Source: Octopus sinensis (taxonomy: Eukaryota). Taken from it: a stretch of DNA of 64,000 nucleotides. Below are positions 39,515 to 51,739 of this stretch, in pieces (position 1 is the first letter of the stretch; each line of letters begins with the position of its first letter). The notes below the pieces were generated by a model, which made no database searches, had not been told where the DNA came from, and saw only the letters and a list, made by a program, of their open reading frames with translations. The stretch is from NCBI RefSeq assembly GCF_006345805.1, contig NC_042998.1, positions 58,652,001-58,716,000 of the forward strand, given 5' to 3'. A program made the translations under genes and the position numbers.

Positions 39515-41664
39515 AGAGATATAGATATATATAGATATATGTATATGTATACACACACACACACACACACACACATTATACACACAATTATGTATATGCA
39601 GGTGTTATCTGAGAAGCTTTTGAAAAGTCATTTTAAAACTTGGCATTGAAGAAAAAAATGTTTCTAGATATTGAAAGACTTTAACCTCAATTGTTTTACT
39701 TACTTTAATAGACTAGCAATGCATCTGGGAAATATAGTTTGTTTTTAAAGTTTAATTTTTCTTAAAGAAACACTCAATGTTCCTTCCCCCACCTCACCCA
39801 CCCATTACCTACCTGCTTTCAAAAAGCTAAAAGCTCCCAATGTTTCACACTCATCTGATGTTTCACGCATGCATAGAATTGTACTGAAATTACAGATGCA
39901 AAAAAATACCAGACCACCACCAGAAAGCCCAACATGCTAGAAACAACAGGTAAACGACATTATTTCTGAAGAAAATTTTGCTTTCAAAAAAGGTGAAAGT
40001 GAAGTATTGGGAGTTTGCAGCTTTTTGAAAGTGGTGAGGGGATGGGTGAATGTTTAGAAAGGATATTTTAGTGTTTCTTTAAGAAAAAAAAAGGAAGAAG
40101 AAAATTTTTAAAGATTCATACTCTCTGTTTTTTACCAACAAAAAATAATTGAAGAAAAGTAAAAAATGAAGAAATCAGGATGGGGTGGAAGAAAATTAAA
40201 ATATTAAGAACATATTTTGGGGGGCAAAATCTTAATCTCCTGTATAAAAAACATAGGAATAAGAAGAAATTTAGGAAAAAAAATTAGGGTTGAGGTGTGT
40301 GTGCAAATGTCACCTTGAACATGCTAGAAACAATAGGTAAAGGACAAGATTTCTGGGAAAACTTTCCTTTAAGTTTATATCTAAAATCAAGTTTGTAAAT
40401 ACGTTATTACAAACATGAATTACAGATTAGGAAAAGGTCATTTTGATTTGATTTGAGCTGCAAGTTTGCTCGTGCACACAACAAAAAATAACATAATTCG
40501 TACAGACATTTTACCATGTATGTGTGTGTGTGTGTGCGTGTGTGAGCCAAAGGAAGTTATTTTATGGTATTCTTTTGTTTGAAGCAGCAAAGTTGTCAGC
40601 TCAATCATATGGGATCATATAACTGTTCGTTAATTTCCATTAAAAAATCTTAATTTCTTAATGCTTTGAAGAGAGCAGAAATTGAAAGAGAGGAGAAAGT
40701 GAAAAGGTGACATTTGCTTTAAGTGAGAGCAGAAAGTGAAAGAGAGGTGAAAGTGAAAGATGTATGTATGTGTATATGAAATAGACGTGTGTGCATGTGC
40801 ATGAGAGAAAGAGAGAGAGAGGGGGAGGGAGGGAGGGAGGGAGGGAGAGAACAAGCTAAGGTGTGTATTGTCATGTATGTATTTTTTGCATGTATGTGTG
40901 ACAATCACTTTCTCTCTCTCTCATACACACATTATCTTTCATATACACGTACATAAATACATATGCATACATTTCTTTTGTATGTGTACATGTGCATGTG
41001 TAAGAGAGAGAGTGAGTGACTGTATTTCCTCATAACATATAGAGAAATGGATGTCTTTTCATGAGTGACTAATTCGGAGAAACATTACTTTCATTAATCA
41101 CACATCATCACTCTCATAATGCAACACTTTGTAATTTTAGTTCAAATTGAAAGTTTGAAACTATTTTCACATTTTAATGAAACCTGGTCATTGTAGAGCA
41201 GTGTTTTTCAAATAACTATAGCTGGTTGTTGAGATAACATAGAAAATATGTAAATGAAAATAAAGTTTATTTGGTAGCCGAAAGATTACTGAATCTTTTG
41301 ATACCCCATATGTCAAAGTTGGCAAATTTTAACACAAGGCCAATAAACTTGAGGTAGGAGAATGGCATTGGTTACATCAATCCCATTACTTGACTGGTAC
41401 TTTATTTTATTAACTACAAAATGATAAAAGACAAAACTGACCTAGGTAGTATTTGAACTCAGAACATAAAGAGCCAGAAGAAATACCACTAAACATTTTA
41501 TCCAATGTGATAATGATTCTGCCAGGGGTTAGTCAATGCCATCAAATCCAGTTCTTCAATGGTACTTTAGTTCATCAACTTGGGTTGAAAGGCAAAATTG
41601 ACCTAAGTTGAATTTTAACTGAGAATGCAAAGAACTAGAATAAATGCCACAAGGTATTTTTTTT

Positions 41665-41913
41665 TTGCGCCCTTTTAAAGCCTAGCCATACTCATGGGCC
41701 TGGTTTCCCAGTTTCAACGGTGTATGTGTTTCCCAGCTGGACGGGACGCCAGTCCATCGCAGCCCTACTCATTTTTGCCAGCTGGGTGGACTAGAGCAAC
41801 ATGAAATGAAGTGTTTTGCTCAAGAACACAATGCGTTGCCTGGTCCAGGAATCGAAACCACATTCTTATGATCATGATGCTGACATCCTAACCACTAAAC
41901 CATGCACCGCCAC
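41665..41913 (-). mobile_element. tRNA-derived SINE
   Basis: Minus-strand A/B boxes (tggtttagtgg, ggtttcgattcc); related copy ~59690-60097. Confidence 0.7.
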
Positions 41914-41993
41914 ACAAGGCATTTTCTCCAACATTAAGAAAAAAAAAATTAACAAGATGGTTCAGATACAAGGCAACTGGACAGAAAACAATA

Positions 41994-42901
41994 CAAAGTG
42001 GTATCAAAAAGTTCACAAACAAGTTCTGTTTAATAATATAAAAAAAATAAAACTTATTTACCTAAGTTTTAATATCATCCCCTTTGCAATAGTCATCTTG
42101 CACAGCAATACACCAGTCCTAGCATTCCTGCCACTTCTGGAATCAGGCCTGGAAGTTGTTTTCGATAAGCTAGTCAAAGACCTGCAATTCACTCTTAATC
42201 TTGACAACAGTGCTAAAATGGTGACCTTTGAGCTGCATCTTCATTTTGGGGAAGAGATGGGAGTCCACGGGTGCTAACTCTGGTGCAGAAGCAATACCAT
42301 GTTTTTGGTGAGAAACTCCCAAAGTGAGGAGAGCTCAAAGACAGGGAGCATTGTTATCATGAAGAATCCAATTCTTCAAGTGCCACTGATCTGGTTGCTG
42401 TCCTTGAATATCCTTTCTCAAACACTTCAAAACATCATTGATGACCTTCTGACAATCCTCTTGCACAAACAGATGACTTTTCTCCACATTTCCAGGAGTG
42501 ACAGTCATGGCGGGACTTCCAGATCACTCATCTTCTTCTGTGGATATTCTTCTGCTTTCAAAGCACCCATGCCACTCAAAACAATGCTTACTACTCATTG
42601 CCTCATCACCGTAAGCTTGCCAAAGCATGCTCAATGTCTCTGTAGTAGATTTCCCAAGTTCAACACCAAATTTCATGTTGGCTCTTTGTTCCAACTTCCT
42701 GTCCATGACAAAAATCATAGACCACAGCATACACATGATCACAAAAACACAACTTTCACAACTTGCAAAGTCAACACTGCAATGTCACTCTGCACACTTC
42801 CTCATGAAGGTCACTGTTAACTCTCCCTGTGCACACAACCATGTGCTGCCATCTGTTGGCATGCTACAGAGCTAGTCCAGGAAATTTTTGATACCACTTC
42901 A
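41994..42901 (-). mobile_element. Degraded, internally deleted mariner
   Basis: TIR-like aagtggtatcaaaaa ends with TA; MDRKLEQRANMKFGVELGKSTTETLSML..FEWH N-terminus. Confidence 0.8.
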
Positions 42902-43715
42902 TACAATATTTAGCTTTTTCCTTTTACATTCTTGAGTTCCACAGATCACTGAAGAAATGATAAAAATGATTACTAGTGACATAAGTGCTTGTTGATTTTG
43001 TTACAGCCTATATCAGACCTATGAATAGGAAAGAGTATTCCAGAAGTGACCATCCCATTTTATTTATTTATTTTTTTTTTCAGATGAAGAAAATTTAAGA
43101 TGAAATTATTCAATAGCCATTATTTGTAAATTGGGAGAGTGGAATTCGGGAGAGATTTGGCTGGTATTTCTAGCAGGTCAATCAGCTGCATTTGTGCTCC
43201 CTTTATTTCTAATGTAAGAATCAATATTATTAAACTACTTTTAAAGCTTTATTCATGATTCTAGATGAATATCACTTAAATTATTTTGTCATTATCATAA
43301 AACATCACTTTTCATTATAATTTGTTTGATGAGTGACTTATCTGTAACAACTAAGATATAAATGATAGTTTGTTAATATATATTTTCTATGCTTGCAAAT
43401 ATATAAGCACTTAATTTAATAATCTAAGGTAATCCCATTTAAGTGTTAGTAATCTTTTGTACTCAAGAACAAAGTAAAACAACCAAGGTTTCAGTTGTAG
43501 ACGTGGCTGTGCAATAAAGAAGTTTACTTCACAAGTGTGTAGCTTTGGGTTTAAGCCAAAAACTGCAGCAACTTGAGCAGGGGATTTCTATCATGAATCA
43601 CCTGCTCAAGTGATTCTATCATGAATCGACTAAAGCTTTGAGAATGGAACATGGTAGACGGAAGTTGTGTAAAAGCCTGTCAAAAGGAATGCTCCTTTTC
43701 GGAGATGTGGTAGAC

Positions 43716-44050
43716 TTCACATGGCTCAGTGGTTAAAGTGTCAGGCTCACAATCATGAGGTAGTGAATTCGATTCCCAGACCAGGCTGTGTGTTGTATTC
43801 TTGAGCAAGACACTTTATTTCACATTGTTCCAGTTCACTCAGCTGTAGAAATGAGTTGCGACATCACTGGTGCCAAGCTGTATTGACCTTTGCCTTTCTC
43901 TGGGATAACATCCGCAGCATGAAGAGGGAAAGCTGGTATGCATGGGTGACTTCTGGTCTTCCATAAACAACCTTGCCTGGACTTGTGCTTCAGAGGGTAA
44001 CTTTCTAGGTGCAATCCCATGGTCATTCATGACCGAAGGGGGTCTTTAGC
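43716..44050 (+). mobile_element. tRNA-derived SINE family C
   Basis: tggctcagtgg A box, aattcgattcc B box; body shared with 61875 and 22718. Confidence 0.85.
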
Positions 44051-44559
44051 TTACCCTTTAAGTTCAAATTGGCTATTCTATTTTTAAAATTAATATTACC
44101 ATTATTAAAAAATATTTTTTTTTTCTCTTAGTTACTGTTGAGAGCATGTGCCACTGAAATGATCCAAAAACAAGAACAAAAAATACTAAAATACATCTGA
44201 CATTCTTGCTGGTGACTGCTGGGGTGAATTATCATCTTCTGATATTTGTGTTTTTGATACAGCATGCCTGTAAGAGATATTATCTCAGAACAAATACTGC
44301 TATAACTGGCCAATCATCAGTGTCTATACATTAAGTATGATACATAGATTGCTATTTCAGTTTAATACTGCCTCAATTGCATATACCAGATTTTTATTCA
44401 GCCTAGCAGCTACTTGAAACATCATGTTTTATTTACTTTTTCCTGTATCAAAAGTGAGAAATCTCTTTCTGAGGATGTGACTGCAAATATGCATCATTAA
44501 AAAGGCCCATCTCATAGAATCTGAAATTATCTTAAAGTCACATTTTGTAATATCATAGG

Positions 44560-45205
44560 CTATTCAAGTAGGGAGTTGTTGACTGAGATGCATCCAGGTA
44601 TAAATGGTTTGTTTGGTATATCTCAAAGAAATGTGTCCAGATATCGTTTGAAGGTGATGGGATCATTTTCTTCTTGGATTTGTTCTGGGATAATATTAAA
44701 TGGAGCAGGGCCTGTTAAGGAAGAGTAATTGTGTTGCAGTGTATTTATGTGTTGTGCTCCTGAATTGTGTTGTGAGTGAATGGCATGTGGTCCCAGTCTT
44801 GGATAATTTCTGAATTTGATGTTAAGGTCTTTTGAGCAATGCTGGTGTTATATTCTTCACACTGTGTAAATTTCATAGTTGCTCATAGCAGCTTTGGAGA
44901 GAATAAAATTCCAATGTTTTAAGGCGGTCCCAATAATCAAGATCAGATATGCCTTTTGTGTTTTTGCTGATTACTCTCTGGGGTGTCTCAATTCTTGTAA
45001 TGTTTTGTTTGATATGAGGAGACCATATGGGACAACAGTATTCCAGATGTGGCTGTACAAATGAGGAGAACAGGAGAATTATGACATCTCATTCTCTGGA
45101 ACGGGAAGTTTAGTGGATGTCATATCGCCTTTATTATTGATGTAAGCACTCCAGTTAAGATTGTTGTCAGCAACCACTCCTAAGTCTCTGATATTACTGA
45201 ATGAT
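44560..45205 (-). mobile_element. CR1/Jockey-group LINE 3' fragment
   Basis: Minus-strand remnants HLEYCCPIWSPH and YWDRLKTLEFYSLQ. Confidence 0.65.
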
Positions 45206-45449
45206 TGAAGGAAAAGAATAAAGTTGTTTGAATGCATTCTCTTTCCAAAAGTGCATGCGTTTAAATGATCACTAATTTAACAGCATGTTGTTTTTCTCCA
45301 CACATTGACTTACAACATACAGATCAGGCTGACGTTTTGCATAGCCTTCTTTTTCATTTGCTGATATACTGAGATATTTCTTGTGTGAATTCTCTCTGTT
45401 CCCCCTCCCTCTCTCTTTTTTGTATACACACACACACACATAATACATT

Positions 45450-45935
45450 TATGTGCCGGTGGCACATAAAATACACCAATCTGACCGTGGCCGTTGCCAG
45501 CCCCGCCTGGCACCTGTGCAGGTGGCACGTAAAAAGCACCCACTACACTCACGGAGTGGTTGGCGTTAGGAAGGGCATCCAGCTGTAGAAACATTGCCAA
45601 ATTAGACTGGAGCCTGGTGCAGCCTTCTGGCTTCCCAGAACCCCGGTCGAACCGTCCAACCCATGCTAGCATGGAGAACGGACGTTAAACGACGATGATG
45701 ATGATGATGATATATATATATATATATATATACATATATATATGTATCATCATCATCATTTAACGTCCGTTTTCCATGCTAGCATGGGTTGGACGATTTT
45801 GACTGAGGGCTGGCAACCAGATGGCGGCACCAGGCTCCAGTCTTGATCTGGCAGAGTTTCTACAGCTGGATGCCCTTCCTAATGCCAACCACTCCGAGAG
45901 TGTAGTGGGTGCTTTTTACGTGTCACCTGCACGGG
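45450..45935. mobile_element. Two RTE 3' fragments tail-to-tail around a (TA)n tract
   Basis: + copy 45450-45710 ending in (GAT)n, - copy 45746-45935; ~190 bp inverted arms. Confidence 0.85.
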
Positions 45936-46829
45936 GATGTATACATATATATATAAATGAAGTATACACATATATATATATATAAATAAATGAAATATAT
46001 GTATGTATGTATTTACTATTGACAATGGCTGTGTGGCATTCAATTATTAAATAAATGAAAAATAACCATTAAGAACAGGACATCACCAACGAGTAGAAAA
46101 TACGTAAACACACAACAGGAGATAAGTATGGGACAAAATACCAAAAGAAGTCTAACCCTTCCTCAGTCGTCGGCTGTGATATTATTTCCTGTTTCGTGCT
46201 TTTAACAAGACAGGAAAACTTCATAAGATTGCAGCATTTAGAAATTTTTCTCTTCAAATATTTATTCTATATCCTTTCAAAATTTCCTCCAGGTGTTACC
46301 CATTACAATTCGTCTCTGTCTAACAACCCTAAATGTCTGACGTCATCGATTTTTACTACTATACTGCCTCGTATGCCCATGTTATAGACAGTACTGCCCG
46401 AGTGAGTGTAAATATCTAAACGAGCACTACATGCATTAAGTGTGTGAACAGTAAACATTCAAGTATTTTACGAAATAGTTTTATTGTTACATTTAAGAAA
46501 AAATGGGACAGAATTTTGGAATAGCAGTCCCTCAAACAACCATATCTTATTAGAAAGGAAAAGAGTGGAAAAGTTCCGTTGTTTTTTTAAAGTATCTCTC
46601 TTAGAAACAATAGAAATTATTATTCTGAAAACTTTGTTACAATAAATTTCAGTTTTTTCACATTTCTCTTATTTTCTCATCCTTTTCCATGATGTATGGG
46701 TTTTAGAAGCACAACTATTCCAAACTTCGCTGAAAATACTGACACATGTGCTACTCTCAAATATAATCGACATTAATTCCTGCTTAGCAAATACAATATC
46801 AAAGAAGATAAAAAGCTAACAAGCTATAA

Positions 46830-47540
46830 AATCTTTGATAAATTTTTATATTAACAACCGCACGATTTTCACTAATAAAAAACCCCTCAAAAACTTGGAT
46901 TTTTTGCTTGGAATCAAATACCCTGACCTCCTAATATGCTGCAAGTCCCTTATTTTGGTTCAGAATAAAGGGAGGCGGCGACAACTACATATTCAATAAC
47001 GAACCATGTAATTCGCACTCTGGAAAATTTATTTCTGTAAAATGTCTTTTTTCTTAAACGCGCAAGATATAGTCTATAAATTTAGAATGTTTTTGAAAGA
47101 TACTATATTTTATCATCAGAATATATATACTTTCTCACACAACAATTAAGATATATTTATTTTAAATCGTTCATCTTTCTCCCAACTCCGCCCCACACAC
47201 AAAAATTAGTTTGGGCGCGATTTTTATTTTTCCTTAGTGAAAATCATGCGGTTGAAAAGATCAATGGAGGTGAGGGTGAAATTTCCAAGGCTTTCACCTC
47301 ACCCTACCCCGTTTTGTAGCATATTAGGAAGTCACAGGAATTCATTCAACGAAAAAAAGAAAGAAATTCCAATGACTTCGAGATGGCGGGGGGGGGGATG
47401 TCCCCTTCTTCCGAACCAAAATAAGGGATTTGCAGCATATTAGGAGGTCAGGGTACTTGATTCAACGCAAAAAATCCGAGTTTATTTTTTTTTTCTTAGT
47501 GAAAATTGTGTGGGTCTTAATATAAAAAAATTGCTAAATC
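46830..47540. repeat. ~130 bp inverted-repeat element upstream of the aminopeptidase start
   Basis: ccctgacctcctaatatgctgcaagtcccttattttggttc (46921-46961) versus gaaccaaaataagggatttgcagcatattaggaggtcaggg (47413-47453). Confidence 0.75.
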
Positions 47541-47806
47541 TTTTCTACTGGCGAGGACTAGTTGATTACATCAATTCCAGCGTTGGTACTTATTTTATTA
47601 CCTTCGAAACGATGAAGTGCAAAAGTCGACCCCGGTGACATTTGAACTGAGAATGTAAACAGTAACAAGCTGTAAAATAAAACTTAGATAAGAGAGATTA
47701 TTTTTCTAATAGAGATAAATTATCGTATATCACCGTTTCAAGTTAAATAGTGAATATAATCCAAGTTTTTAATAGAAGCGAGGTTTCGTGGAAACTTTTA
47801 TTTTCG

Positions 47807-47848
<42 letters not shown>

Positions 47849-47851
47849 CAC

Positions 47852-47942
47852 ATCTTGTGACATATCCTGTCACATGCAAATCAGCAGACAGTCTTAGCTC
47901 GCTTAATAGTCTCAGCGCTTCAGTAAAAAACAACGTCAAACA
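47852..47942 (+). promoter_or_regulatory. Putative proximal promoter/5'UTR with overlapping E-box (gtCACATG) and octamer (ATGCAAAT)
   Basis: Motifs at 47869-47881, about 60-75 bp before the ATG; region is CpG-richer than the bulk DNA. Confidence 0.35.
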
Positions 47943-47956
47943 ATGGCAAGCACAAG
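47943..47956 (+). CDS. M17 aminopeptidase-like gene, probable coding exon 1 (MAST+AG)
   Basis: aaacaATG context, AG|gtgaga donor; phase 2 matches the exon at 57929. Confidence 0.6.
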
Positions 47957-49607
47957 GTGAGATCATGAATTCATTTATTATTCTTTAATGATTCTAAATT
48001 AATTACCAGTCTATAACAAATAAGATTTTGCCGCTAAAGTAAATACATGAATACTCTCCCATTATATGCTTTATATTTCTATAGAAAATCGTGATGGTTC
48101 GTTTCAACAAGGCAGAAATGTACGATAAAAAAATTTACCGGCTTTATGTCTTCCGTATTTTTTTTCCATGTTAACATAAATACACGTTGAAATAACGTAA
48201 ATTTATATTCTCATAACTATCGATAAATTAAGGATCGTTAATTATCATTTAGAATTACGTTGTTTATAATGTAAGATGTAAATTATTTCACACGTGTTTG
48301 TTTCCGTAATTTTTTTAAACAATATTGTGTATACACTCATATTTTCTTTCTATTACGTCCCCACCTAAATAGCTCGTACGAAACAATTTAACGCAAATAT
48401 ATACAAATAGGTTTTGTTAGTTTGTCATCTGTAAAGGTATATTTTGCAAGGCAATTTATTCGCTCTACGCACGTCTTACCGGCACATCAATACTGAGATA
48501 CCTTATGCTTATCGTGTGCGTAGATTGAATTAGAATAACTGTTTCCTTTTTTATTGTCTTGTTATTTACTGACTTGAAAACTTATCGTTTTTTTTTTTTT
48601 TGTCTTTCGAAAGACAAACAGAAAATAATAAAATATGGAATTTTGAAGCTAAAAAACGAATATGGTATATAAGGTTCGATGCGTCACTAACACTAATTTA
48701 CCATTTTCGTTTTTCACCTCCAAAATTCCACATTTTATTATTTCCCCTCTGCTTGACAACCTCATATACAACGAATGAAGCATATAAGAGCTTTGAAGTA
48801 AATAATAATTTTAGAGTAAGCTTTGTGAAGTTTATAGGAGGCTTCCATCCTTTTAGAAAAGAATTGAAGTAAATATCTCGCATTACTGTACAATTCAGAG
48901 TTCAAAAGGATATATAACTCCATAATGATTGAAACGTAACAGATTAACGGTCACACTGCGAAATTCGGGATTGATAAACTTAATGTAGGGTAACGTTAAG
49001 GATTCAGTAAATAATTATAGGGGCGAAGGTAAATAATACGCGCACCCGGTGTTTCGAGTTTGTTACGCCGAAAACGAGTGGTGTACGTATTCTTTACTTT
49101 CGCCAATTACAGAACTGTATATGACCTTAAAAAATAGTCTCTCTCTCTCTTAATTGTTGACCAACTTCGAAGAAATGGAAAGACTTTGCTCGTCCCTCCC
49201 AATTTTCTTCCAAATTTGTTTATTTAAAAAAAAAATTTTTTTGCCCCAAATCCCAGTCTTTAAGATTTTTTTTGCCAAAAATGGGGGTGGGGGTGGTAAT
49301 TGTCGATTTTTGCCAATGTTTTTGCAGATTCGTATTCCCCGTAGCTGAAAAGAATGGGGTTGTGTCGAAAAAAAAAAAAAGTTTTAAAAAAGGGCGTTTT
49401 GGGGGGGAGGGGGACGGGCGGGAGTCTTGCGTGAAGAAATACAAAGCACTTTTTCTGAGAAATTTTATGAAAAGTGAAAGTGTTTGTTCGGCAATTACCG
49501 TAAACGTTTTATAGTTCTTTAATTTTTTTTCAGCTGATTCGCTTATGTTTATGTATTTTTTTGTGTATGTCTGTGTACAAATATACTTGTCCACACACAC
49601 ACAGACA

Positions 49608-51282
49608 TCTTTTATATAAATGGTAATTTCTGTCTGTTACCATCTTGCTAACTATACCAGCGAACCAATCTTCTCAAAACTTTGTATACATGTTAGACTA
49701 ACATCCAGTTCAATTATAGGCTAATTGGATTTCAATAAAAAATCGAATAATGCCCCCCCCCCCACTTACGGGGTTGGGCTATAATAGGATAAAATAAGGG
49801 TGCAAAGAGTGTTAGGTTGAGGGAAATGTGGTGGCATAATGAAGGTGGCTAATATCAGGGAAGGGGAAGAGACTGGAAATGTGAGAGAGAGAGAATGAAA
49901 GACAGGGACAGATCGAGAAAGAGAGAATGTGTTTATTGAAGGGAACAGCGAATTTTAATACTTTGATCTTTAATTTTTACCTATCACTTAACACATACAC
50001 TTTAGTGAATTAACTGTTGTATGCTCAGTCAAAACTTTTACAATATGTCCAACAGATGTAAAACTAATAAGTGAAAAGTAAAGTGTTTTTATATTTGTTT
50101 TCAAATCACCATATTAAAATTTATTAAAACTTTACCAGGAGTGGCTGTGTGGTAAGTAGCTTGCTAATCAACCACATGGTTCCGGGTTCAGTCCCACTGC
50201 GTGGCATCTTGGGCAAGTGTCTTCTGCTATAGCCCCGGGCCGACCAATGCCTTGTGGGTGGATTTGGTAGACGGAAACTGAAAGAAGCCTGTCGTATATA
50301 TGTGTATATATATATATATATATATGTGTGTGTTTGTGTGTCTGTGTTTGTCCCCCTAGCATTGCTTGACAACCGATGCTGGTGTGTTTACGTCCCCGTC
50401 ACTTAGCGGTTTGGCAAAAGAGACCGATAGAATAAGTACTGGGCTTACAAAGAATAAGTTCCAGGGTCGATTTGCTCGACTAAAGGCGGTGCTCCAGCAT
50501 GGCCGCAATCAAATGACTGAAACAAGTAAGAGAGTACTGAAACAATAAAACTATTGTTAATGTCTTTCATTTTCTTCCATAGATGAATATCCCGTCGTTG
50601 GACAATTTTTATGATAGAATGTCTTATATAAATTTTTTTTTTATTCCATGTCAGACTATGCCTTCCCTGGCAGATAGGCTTCTCTATCAAGACTGATTCG
50701 TGCTATTTCTTGCAAAAAAAAATCCCATGACAATCTCTTCCTTTTTAAATTATTTACATGTTTATTCAACCATGTCACATGACCTAAGTCATTAAAACTT
50801 ATTAAAACTTCAGAAGTTCTCCCAACTTATGCAGAAATTGTCACCTTCTAAGTCCTGTTTACTGATTAGATAAAATTGATTAAACTTTAAACTCCAATAA
50901 CATTTTACTGCAATTTTTCTGGAGCAAGTAAATTTACAAAATCACATTTAACATGGAAAATTATTTCAATATACCAAATTTAAAAATTTTGACGTAATTT
51001 TAAAATTTCACAATGTGACAGCAACAGGGAAGAGCTTCAAAATTGATTATAATCAACCATCAATCGTTTCATAGTCCCACATCATCAATCCTCTCATCAT
51101 TCCAACCATCCACCAATTCAACTTTGATATTGCCTTACGATTACAATCAATCCATTTTATGATTCAACTGTATTACTTGCTAGTGTTTGTAAATCTATTT
51201 GTAATTTGAACAGGACATGAAACAGTGTAACGGGAACTGGAAATAACCTCGCTTTTGCAAGTTTTACCGGGTAATTCAGCTA

Positions 51283-51283
<1 letters not shown>
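49608..51283 (+). mobile_element. Non-autonomous Helitron-like element (SINE inserted inside)
   Basis: A|TCTTTTATATAAA 5' end; short hairpin ttacc-g-ggtaa then CTAG|T 3' end. Confidence 0.55.
50135..50535 (+). mobile_element. SINE family A, young copy
   Basis: CpGs largely intact; full head-to-tail structure. Confidence 0.9.
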
Positions 51284-51320
<37 letters not shown>

Positions 51321-51430
51321 ATGTATATATATATATATAATATATATATAAATGGTAAGACAACAAAAGAATGAAAGAGACCTCGATATTATGTAAATAG
51401 AGGAATTTATCTGTAAATGTAATATGTGAC

Positions 51431-51739
51431 AATTAATCGATAGCCAAGATAAAACTCCGAGTTTTGGATGCCGAGGTGGTAATCCATGCCGCCATCTCTT
51501 CAGTTATCAGGCCATTGGAAAAATACAGTAGAAGGGGTGTGAGCACTTTTTTTTTTTTTCAGATTGTTTTGGGAAATTGCACTAGTGATTGTATATGCAT
51601 TTTTCTTTTTGTATGTGAGCAACACTTTAGCATTGAAGCTGTTGGTATTATTCTGATGCCCGGATAACTGAAGAGATGGCAGTGTGGATTTCCACCTCAG
51701 CATCCGAAACTCAGAGTTTATCATGGCTACCAATTAATT
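51431..51739. mobile_element. Fold-back pLTR-like element with an HHR in each arm
   Basis: Inverted arms 51431-51512 and 51658-51739, flanked by (TA)n tracts. Confidence 0.75.
51663..51722 (+). ncRNA. HHR-like motif with long stem II (mirror copy 51448-51508 on minus)
   Basis: GATAA CTGAAGA GATG..GTGGA TT TCCAC..CATC C GAA ACT CAG AGT T TATC. Confidence 0.6.
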
